From positions 10,753 through 74,752 of the forward strand of contig DATKDW010000039.1 in assembly GCA_035512495.1 (NCBI GenBank): a DNA stretch of 64,000 nt, given 5' to 3'. This stretch comes from Acidimicrobiales bacterium (GTDB lineage Bacteria; Actinomycetota; Acidimicrobiia; Acidimicrobiales; CADCSY01). Under the pieces are notes generated by a model that ran no database searches, had not been told where the DNA came from, and saw only the letters and a list, made by a program, of their open reading frames with translations. Positions 18,831 through 25,719 of this stretch are shown in pieces. The number at the start of each line of letters is the position of its first letter. The first letter of the stretch is position 1. A program made the translations under genes and the position numbers.

Positions 18831-20840
18831 GTGGTCGACATCCGCCCTGCGGCCGCCGAGGCCGATCCCCGTCCACCGACGCGAAACGACGCGCCCAGCC
18901 ACCGCCCCACCCGGGCCGAGGGCGGGCTCCTCCTCGCCGCGATCGCCCTCGCCGTCCTGCCCGTGGTCGTGGCCACCGTCCGCGCCGCCAGCCGGGGCTG
19001 GCTGCCGGTGGGCGACAACGCCTACTTCGCCATCCGGGCGCGCGACGTCCTCACCGAGCACCACCCGCTGCTCGGCACGTGGACCTCGGCCTCGGTCAGC
19101 GCCGGCACCGACTTCAACAACCCCGGACCCCTGCTGTTCGACCTGCTGGCCGTGCCGGCCAAGCTCGGCGACGAGGTGGGCGTGGCCGTGGGCGCCGCCC
19201 TCCTCAACTGCCTCGCCCTTGTCCTCATCGCCGTGATGGCCCGCCGCCGGGGAGGCGTGGCCACCGCCGCCCTGGCCACGCTGGTCGCAGTCACCCTGGC
19301 GTGGAGCATGGGCAGCGAGCTGCTCTTCGATCCGTGGCAGCCGCACAGCCTGCTGCTCACCTTCCTGCTGGTGCTCGTGCTGGTGTGGTCACTGGCCTGT
19401 GGGGATGTTGTCGCCCTCCCCCTGGCCGTGGGCGCCGGCAGCCTCATCCTCCAGACCCACCTCAGCTACGCCGTGCTCCTCGCCGCCCTGGGCCTGTGGG
19501 GCGCGGTCGGCCTGGCCCTGGCCCTGCGCCGCCAGCGCCGCCTCGACGAGGAGGCGTGGGCCGGCACCCGTCGACAGGTGGTGCGGATGGGCGGGGTGGC
19601 GGTGCTGGTGCTGGTGCTGGCGTGGAGCCAACCCCTGATCGAGCAGCTGACCAGCGACGGGCAGGGCAACCTGGCGCGCCTGGCGGGCAACGCCGGCGAC
19701 TCGGCCGAGACCATCGGACCCCAGCTCGGCACGCAGGTGGTGGCGGGCGTGGTGGCGGCCCCGCCGTGGTGGCTTCGCCCCTCGTTCGGCCAGACGTTGC
19801 AGCCCGCCGCCGACGGCGCTCTCGGTCCTGGCTACGACGTGCGCCTGCCCGACCTCCCCGGCACCACGGCGGCCATCGCCCTCCTCGCACTGCTCAGCCT
19901 CTTCCTCGCCCTCGCCGGGTGGTGGGGTCGACGCCAGCACGACCGGGCCACGTGGACGGCTGCGATCACCGCCGGCGTGGCTCTGGCCGCCGGCCTGGTG
20001 ACGGCGTGGAGCCTGCCCGTCAGCTTCCTCGGCATCGCCCCCCACCAGTTCCGCTGGCTCTGGCCGGTGGCCGCCTTCGCCACCCTGGCCCTGGCGCTGG
20101 TGGCGCAGAGGACCCTCGAGGGTCGAGGCCCGCGCCTGGGCCTCCCCGTCGTCCTCGTCGTCCTCGTCGCCGTCATGTCGGCCCTCACCCTGCCCACCAG
20201 CAACACCGACGCCGGCCCGGCAGCCGACGCCTGGGCCATCCCGGTCGTGCACCGGCTCAACGACGGGATGGCGGCGCTCGAGGGCGAGGGACCCCTGGTC
20301 ATCGACCTCCGGGGCATCCGCTTCGCCGAGCCGTACAGCGGTCCGGTGATGGCAGAGCTCCAACGACGCGGCATCGCCTTCCTGGTCGACGACGAGGGCA
20401 TGGAACGTCAGATGGGCCCGTCCCGGCGCCTTCGGGACCAGGAGGCGCAGCGCCTGTTGATCCGGGAGGGAGACGATGCCGCCGCGGTGCTCCCCGGCGC
20501 CCGTCGGGTCGTGCTCGTCGAGGGGCTCGACCGTGACGCCCGCAGGGAGCTCGATGCGCTCCGGTCGGCCGTCGAGTCCCACCTTGCCACGCTCGATGTC
20601 GTGCGGCTCGACGACCGTGGTCTCACGGTGCAGGCAGCGGGCCGCCTGCCGGTGCCGCTCCCGGCCGACCCCGAGATCCTGGTCGGCAGCCGGCTCCTCC
20701 TCGAGCTCGTCGAGGACGACCTCCTGTCCCATGACGACCCCTGGCACGACCGCTTCGCCCGCTACGCCGAGCTCCAGCGACGCTGGGACCGCCAGACGGT
20801 CGGCCTCTTCCTGGCCCCGCTCGACTGGGAGCCGTCGTGA
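18831..20840 (+). CDS. Polytopic membrane protein with soluble C-terminal domain, GT-C-like (unassigned family), paralogue B
   Basis: GTG 18831 lies one nt after the previous stop. It aligns with paralogue A in the first loop, the PWxP segment, LPL...QTH and the C-terminal domain. Confidence 0.75.
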   Translation: MVDIRPAAAEADPRPPTRNDAPSHRPTRAEGGLLLAAIALAVLPVVVATVRAASRGWLPVGDNAYFAIRARDVLTEHHPLLGTWTSASVSAGTDFNNPGPLLFDLLAVPAKLGDEVGVAVGAALLNCLALVLIAVMARRRGGVATAALATLVAVTLAWSMGSELLFDPWQPHSLLLTFLLVLVLVWSLACGDVVALPLAVGAGSLILQTHLSYAVLLAALGLWGAVGLALALRRQRRLDEEAWAGTRRQVVRMGGVAVLVLVLAWSQPLIEQLTSDGQGNLARLAGNAGDSAETIGPQLGTQVVAGVVAAPPWWLRPSFGQTLQPAADGALGPGYDVRLPDLPGTTAAIALLALLSLFLALAGWWGRRQHDRATWTAAITAGVALAAGLVTAWSLPVSFLGIAPHQFRWLWPVAAFATLALALVAQRTLEGRGPRLGLPVVLVVLVAVMSALTLPTSNTDAGPAADAWAIPVVHRLNDGMAALEGEGPLVIDLRGIRFAEPYSGPVMAELQRRGIAFLVDDEGMERQMGPSRRLRDQEAQRLLIREGDDAAAVLPGARRVVLVEGLDRDARRELDALRSAVESHLATLDVVRLDDRGLTVQAAGRLPVPLPADPEILVGSRLLLELVEDDLLSHDDPWHDRFARYAELQRRWDRQTVGLFLAPLDWEPS

Positions 20841-22354
20841 CCACCGATGTCGCCCTCGTGGTCCCCGTCTTCGACGAGGACGAACGCCTCGCCGAGTACG
20901 GGGAGACCCTCGTCGCGTTCATCGCGTGCCAACCGGCGGGCAGCGAGCTGGTGTTCGTCGACGACGGGAGCAGCGACGGCACCGCGGCGGCGGTCGAAGC
21001 GCTGATCGCCGCGTCGCCGGGCCTCCCGGTCCGCCTTCTACGACGGCAACACCAGGGCAAGGGCGGGGCCGTGGCGGCCGGCCTGGCCTCGACCACCGCG
21101 TCCTATGCCGCGTTCTGCGACCTCGACCTGTCGACGCCGCTCGAACAGCTCGAGCGGATCATCGCTGCGGCCACACGGGCACCGGTGCTGGCGGTGGGGT
21201 CGCGGGACCTTTCCGGCTCGCGCGTGACCCGCCCCGAGGGCCGTGTGCGCGAGGCGCTGGGACGGACCTACAACCGCCTCCTCCAGGCGACGATCACCCC
21301 GGGCATCGTCGACACCCAGTGCGGTGCAAAGGCGGCGTCCGCGGCAGTGTGGCGAGCGGTGCTCCCGCACTGTCGAGAGCGGGGCTTCGCCTGGGACGCC
21401 GAGGCCATCGCCGTCGCCGGGGCGCTCGGCATCGGTGTCCAGGAGGTCCCCGTCGAGTGGCGACACGACGAGCGCTCGAAGGTGAACGTCGTCCGGGACG
21501 GCACAGCCATGGTGTGGGCCACCGCACGGATCTGGCGCCGGGCTCGCCACGTCCGTGCCGGCCAACTGCCGAGCCGGACGCCGGTGGCGGCCGCCTCCCC
21601 CGGGACGACCGGCGCCGGTGTCTTCGACGGCGACAACGCCGCCCTCCTCATGGCGACAGACCGCGATCACTGGTGGTTCCGGAGCAAGGCGGCCTTCGTG
21701 GCCACGGCGCTGCGACGAGCGACCGCCTCGGAGTCGACCGACGGGTGGCTGGTCGATGCCGGCGCGGGCGCGGGTGGGGTGACCGCCATGTTGGGGTGGG
21801 CGCCGGACCGGGTGGTCGTGGCCGAGGGGAGCCATCGGCTCGTGGCGCAGGCGCACCGCCACCACGGCCTCCCCGCGGTCCAGGCGGGGGTGGACCACCT
21901 GCCGCTCGCCACCGGGACGGCCGAGGTCGTCTGCCTCCTCGACGTCATCGAGCACCTCGCCGGCTCGGTCCCTGCACTGGTCGAGGCCCGCCGGGTGCTG
22001 GCGGACGGCGGGCACCTGGTGGTGAACGTGCCCGCCCACCGATGGCTGTGGAGCGCGGCCGACGAGGCGTTGGGCCACGTTCGACGCTACAACCGCCGGA
22101 CGCTGCGGGCCGAGCTCGTGGCGGCCGGGTTCGAGCCCCTTCTCATGACTCACGTCTTCAGCTGGCTGGTGGGGCCGGTGTGGCTGAAGCGGCGCTTGGC
22201 CTCGGGAGGAGACGCCGAGCTGGGACTCGATCAGACGTCGTTCCTCATCGACCGGGCGGCGATGGTGCTGACCCTCCTGGAGCGGCTGCTGATCGGACGG
22301 GTGCCGCTTCCGTTCGGGACCTCCCTCCTGTGCGTCGCCGTGCCTCGTCGATGA
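20837..22354 (+). CDS. Bifunctional GT2 (polyprenyl-phosphate hexosyltransferase-type) / class I SAM methyltransferase fusion
   Basis: The N-terminal half has VVPVFDEDERL, VFVDDGSSDGT, DLDLSTP and QCGAK, resembling Alg5/GtrB-type GT2. The C-terminal half has WWFRSKAAF, VDAGAGAGGV, LLDVIEHL and LVVNVP (SAM methyltransferase). GTG 20837 overlaps the previous stop (GTGA). Confidence 0.85.
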   Translation: MTTDVALVVPVFDEDERLAEYGETLVAFIACQPAGSELVFVDDGSSDGTAAAVEALIAASPGLPVRLLRRQHQGKGGAVAAGLASTTASYAAFCDLDLSTPLEQLERIIAAATRAPVLAVGSRDLSGSRVTRPEGRVREALGRTYNRLLQATITPGIVDTQCGAKAASAAVWRAVLPHCRERGFAWDAEAIAVAGALGIGVQEVPVEWRHDERSKVNVVRDGTAMVWATARIWRRARHVRAGQLPSRTPVAAASPGTTGAGVFDGDNAALLMATDRDHWWFRSKAAFVATALRRATASESTDGWLVDAGAGAGGVTAMLGWAPDRVVVAEGSHRLVAQAHRHHGLPAVQAGVDHLPLATGTAEVVCLLDVIEHLAGSVPALVEARRVLADGGHLVVNVPAHRWLWSAADEALGHVRRYNRRTLRAELVAAGFEPLLMTHVFSWLVGPVWLKRRLASGGDAELGLDQTSFLIDRAAMVLTLLERLLIGRVPLPFGTSLLCVAVPRR

Positions 22355-23624
22355 GGGCGACGGCGCCGGTGGCGGCCAGCACGACGATGGCAGGCTCAGC
22401 CGCCACCCGGAACCGCTGGTTCCCGTAGGTCACCGTCGTGGTGACGACGACGAGGACGACCGTCGACAGCATGGGCCACATCAGCGCCCGTCGGCGGCGG
22501 AGGACGATGATGCCCCCGACGGCGAAGGGCACGAGCAGCCAGTAGGTGCGGGTGCCGACCTCCTGCCAGCGCCGGTCGCGGCCCTCGAACGACTCCACGG
22601 TGACCTGCTGGCCGACGTCGTAGAGGCCCCAGGTGCGCCCCTGGCGGATGGCGAGCACGGTGGGCAGGCGACCAAGGTTGTCGGCCACGTAGCGCAAACC
22701 GCGGTCACGATGGAACGCCGCTGCCTCGGCCTCGTCCTGCTCGCTGAGGTCGAAGCCTCCGAAGCAATCGTAGAGCCAGAGCCCCGTTTGGCTGCCGTGG
22801 TAGGTGCGGTCGCAGTTGGCCCCGTCGAGGGCGGTGCCCATGTTGTTCGAGACCGGCACGAGGGCGCCGTCGAAGCGCACCGCGTTGCGGACCGTCCACG
22901 GGACGACCACGAGGGCGGCTGCGACCAGACCGACCAGGCAGAGGGTGGCGCGGCGGCGCCACGAGAGGTCAGCGACTCGCGCCGAGAGGGGGATGACGAG
23001 GAAGAGGACGAGTAGCAGCCCCTCGGCCCTGGTGAGGGCGGCGAGTCCAGCCGTGACCCCGACGAGGGCGATGTCGTCGAGGCCACGCCGCTCGGCAGCC
23101 CGGTGGGCGAAGAGGAGCGTCGTGGCGACGAGGAGGGCGAACGGCGTCTCCGGCATCAAGATGGCATCGCTCTGGAAGAGCATGGGGTAGACGGCCGCGA
23201 CGCCGGCGGCGACGAGGCCGACGAGGTCACCACCGACCCGGCGACCGAGGAGCCCGATCACGGCGACCGTCGCCGTGCCGACGACGCAGAGCACCAGCTG
23301 TTGTCCGTCGACCGAGGCGATGCCGACGAGGTGGGCGAGGGCCAGGACGGCGGGGAGCAGCGGGGGGTACTCGGCTGTCGGGCGGATCTCGCCGAGGATG
23401 GTGCGGTCGAAGGGCCGGATGAAGCCTCGGCCCTCGGCCAGGTTCTCGCCGAGCATGTGGTACGCCGCGGCGTCGCTCACCTCAGGGACCTGGGGGTCCA
23501 CCAGGAGCGTGAAGGCGACCCGTACGCCGAGCGCGACGACCACGATGACGAGCAGGCCGAGGGCGAAGCGCCGGGACCCTCGAGTGCCCTGGACCTCGGG
23601 TGGGCTCGGGTGGGGCTCGGTCAC
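22245..23624 (-). CDS. GT-C glycosyltransferase, ArnT/PMT_2-like
   Basis: Polytopic, with first-loop motif SDAAAYHMLGENLAEGRGF and a PWTVRNAVRF segment, both typical of the family. GTG 23624. The last 36 codons overlap the convergent GT2-MT gene. Confidence 0.8.
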   Translation of the reverse strand: MTEPHPSPPEVQGTRGSRRFALGLLVIVVVALGVRVAFTLLVDPQVPEVSDAAAYHMLGENLAEGRGFIRPFDRTILGEIRPTAEYPPLLPAVLALAHLVGIASVDGQQLVLCVVGTATVAVIGLLGRRVGGDLVGLVAAGVAAVYPMLFQSDAILMPETPFALLVATTLLFAHRAAERRGLDDIALVGVTAGLAALTRAEGLLLVLFLVIPLSARVADLSWRRRATLCLVGLVAAALVVVPWTVRNAVRFDGALVPVSNNMGTALDGANCDRTYHGSQTGLWLYDCFGGFDLSEQDEAEAAAFHRDRGLRYVADNLGRLPTVLAIRQGRTWGLYDVGQQVTVESFEGRDRRWQEVGTRTYWLLVPFAVGGIIVLRRRRALMWPMLSTVVLVVVTTTVTYGNQRFRVAAEPAIVVLAATGAVALIDEARRRTGGRSRTEAAPVRSAAAPGGSAPSPPGR

Positions 23625-23686
23625 GGCGGCATGCTACGGCGGGGCCCGGCTTCGTCCGGCTCGGGTCGCCCTTACCATGTGCGGCC

Positions 23687-25045
23687 GTGCCGACCGCGAC
23701 CACCCGGACCGGAGCGACCCCGCCGCCCGGCCTCACGACGACGGCTCCCCGAGGCGCACCCTGGTCAGGGGCCGGCAGCACCCGCTGGTGGCTGCTCGGG
23801 ATCGTGGTCCTCGGCGTCGCCCTGCGGGTGGCGTGGGCGCTCTACGCCACTCGTCAGCCGGTCGGTCTCCACGACCCGACCTTCTACACGGTCTTCGCCG
23901 AGGAAATCGCCCGGGGGAACGGCTACCGCCTCCCCGACGGCCAGCCGACCGCCTACTACCCCGTCGGCTACCCGGCTGTCCTGGGAGCCCTCTTCTGGCT
24001 CGCCGACCACAGCCCGTTGCCGGACGGCCGGATGGGCCTCGTGGTGGGGCTCAACCTCGCCTGCGCCGCATCGTCGCTCGTGCTGGTCTTCCTGATCGGG
24101 CGCCGGCTCTTCGACCAGCGAGTTGCCCTCCTCGCCGCGGGCATCATGGCCGTCTTCCCGAACCTGGTCTTCCACGCCGCCCTGGCACTGACCGAGACGC
24201 TCTTCATCACCCTGGCCCTGCTCGCGGTGCTGGTGCTGGTGTCGACCCCATGGGAGCGACGTCCGCTCGGCGCCCTGGTCGGCTTCGGGCTGCTCGTGGG
24301 CCTCTCTGCCCTGGTCCGTCCGCCGTCCCTCCTCTTCCTGCCCGTCCTCGCGCTGGTCGGCTGGTGGGGTGCCGGTTGGGGATGGCGGGCGGTCGGTCGA
24401 TCGGTGCTGGTCGCCGGCCTTGCGGCCGTCGCGGTGATCGCCCCTTGGACGCTCCGAAACGCGGTGGTCATGACGTCGCCGGTGATCATCTCGACGAACA
24501 TGGGCGACAACCTCTGCATCGGGAACAACCCGGAGGCCACCGGCGCCTTCCAGATGCCCCCGTCGTGCCTCGACGGCTACGACCACCTCGAGCGGCCGGA
24601 GTACGAGCTGCGCCGTGACGCCGAAGGTCGCCGGAAGGGGCTGGAGCACATCCTCGGCCAGCCGGCCGACCAGCTCCGCCTCGTCCCGCTCCGGCTGTTC
24701 CACACCTTCAAGGACGACACCGACGGGCTCCACGCCGCCGAGAGCTACGGCGCCGACCCGTTCATCCCCCCCTTTCGGCGCTCGATCCTGGAGGCAGTCG
24801 CCAACGCGGTCTTCTTCGCCACCCTGCTGACGGCGATGGCTGCCATGCCGTGGTTGCTGCGGGGTCGAGACCCGGGCCGCCTGCTCCTGCTGCTGAGTGC
24901 TGTGTCGCTCGTCCTCCCGCCGCTGGTCTTCTTCGGCGACGTCCGCTTCCACGTTCCGATGATCCCCTTCCAGGTCCTGGCGGCTGCGGCCCTGCTGGGA
25001 GCACTGGCCGACATGGTGCGCGCCCGGTGGGCAGCCGACCGCTGA
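23687..25045 (+). CDS. GT-C glycosyltransferase, ArnT/PMT_2-like (paralogue of 22245..23624)
   Basis: HDPTFYTVFAEEIARGNGY first-loop motif and a PWTLRNAVVM segment. GTG 23687 is preferred over track start 23600, which would overlap the divergent gene. Confidence 0.8.
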   Translation: MPTATTRTGATPPPGLTTTAPRGAPWSGAGSTRWWLLGIVVLGVALRVAWALYATRQPVGLHDPTFYTVFAEEIARGNGYRLPDGQPTAYYPVGYPAVLGALFWLADHSPLPDGRMGLVVGLNLACAASSLVLVFLIGRRLFDQRVALLAAGIMAVFPNLVFHAALALTETLFITLALLAVLVLVSTPWERRPLGALVGFGLLVGLSALVRPPSLLFLPVLALVGWWGAGWGWRAVGRSVLVAGLAAVAVIAPWTLRNAVVMTSPVIISTNMGDNLCIGNNPEATGAFQMPPSCLDGYDHLERPEYELRRDAEGRRKGLEHILGQPADQLRLVPLRLFHTFKDDTDGLHAAESYGADPFIPPFRRSILEAVANAVFFATLLTAMAAMPWLLRGRDPGRLLLLLSAVSLVLPPLVFFGDVRFHVPMIPFQVLAAAALLGALADMVRARWAADR

Positions 25046-25057
25046 TCCGGCACCGGA

Positions 25058-25208
25058 CGGATGCCTTCCGGAAGCGGTTTGGTTGCGGTGACTTCCGGCC
25101 GGAAGCCTTCCGGAAACCAGGAAGGTGTCGATCTTCCGGATGGTTTCCGCGCGGAAGCCTTCCGGAGGGGGTTCAGCCCTGTGGGCTTCCCGGCGGAAGC
25201 CTTCCGGA
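25058..25208. promoter_or_regulatory. Four-copy array of the palindromic 15-mer CGGAAGCCTTCCGGA (putative operator array)
   Basis: Perfect copies at 25100-25114, 25152-25166 and 25194-25208, plus a one-mismatch copy at 25058-25072. Spacings are 42, 52 and 42 bp. There are six exact TTCCGG hexamers in 150 bp, plus perfect palindromes CTTCCGGCCGGAAG (25092-25105) and TTCCGCGCGGAA (25145-25156). The array ends 36 bp before ATG 25244. Confidence 0.7.
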
Positions 25209-25243
25209 AGCACCGCGCTGGTCTCCTGACGTAGCCTGTCGTC

Positions 25244-25699
25244 ATGGCACGAGCAGCGCAGACCTACACGGCCGCCCAGGCGGCGAAGATCCTGTCGGTA
25301 TCGGAGCGACGCGTCCGACAGCTGGTCTCAGAGGGGAAGCTGGACGGATCACGCGACGGCGGGGGTGTCGTGCAGCTCTCGCAGCGTTCGGTGAGCGAGG
25401 AGCGCAAGCGGCGGCAGGCGAGCGGGAAGGGCTCGGCGTCGCGCGCGCCGGCTCGGTCCCGGGCGACGAAGGCGTCGGTCGATGTCGACCAGATCGCGGA
25501 GAAGGTGGCGTCCGCCGTCAGTCAGCGCCTGGAGGGGCAGATCGAGATCACCCGGCGGGCCGAGAGCCTCGTCCGGTCGGAGCTAGACGAGGAGCGGGCG
25601 CGGCGGATGGAAGCAGAGGCGAAGCTCGCCGAGGCCCAGCGGCGGATCGCCGAGCTCGAGGCCGCCTCGGAGAAGAAGCGCGGCCTGTTCCGGCGGTGA
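25244..25699 (+). CDS. Excisionase/MerR-type helix-turn-helix DNA-binding protein with C-terminal coiled coil
   Basis: YTAAQAAKILSVSERRVRQLVSEGKL is a typical HTH_17-like motif. The C terminus is a charged helix (RRMEAEAKLAEAQRRIAELEAASEKKR). Confidence 0.65.
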   Translation: MARAAQTYTAAQAAKILSVSERRVRQLVSEGKLDGSRDGGGVVQLSQRSVSEERKRRQASGKGSASRAPARSRATKASVDVDQIAEKVASAVSQRLEGQIEITRRAESLVRSELDEERARRMEAEAKLAEAQRRIAELEAASEKKRGLFRR

Positions 25700-25719
25700 C
25701 GGCTCAGCGGTGACGGAGC

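Noticed and set aside
25058-25208. Possible CRISPR array
   Set aside because: The repeat units are only 15 bp, the spacers are 27-37 bp and themselves contain half-sites, there are only four copies and no cas genes are present. An operator or REP-like element fits better.
23765-25245. Minus-strand ORFs encoding repeated PEGFR / EGFRxE peptides across 25050-25215
   Set aside because: The peptide repeat is simply the translation of the palindromic TTCCGGAAG DNA repeats. The remainder of these ORFs is antisense shadow of the GT-C gene 23687..25045.
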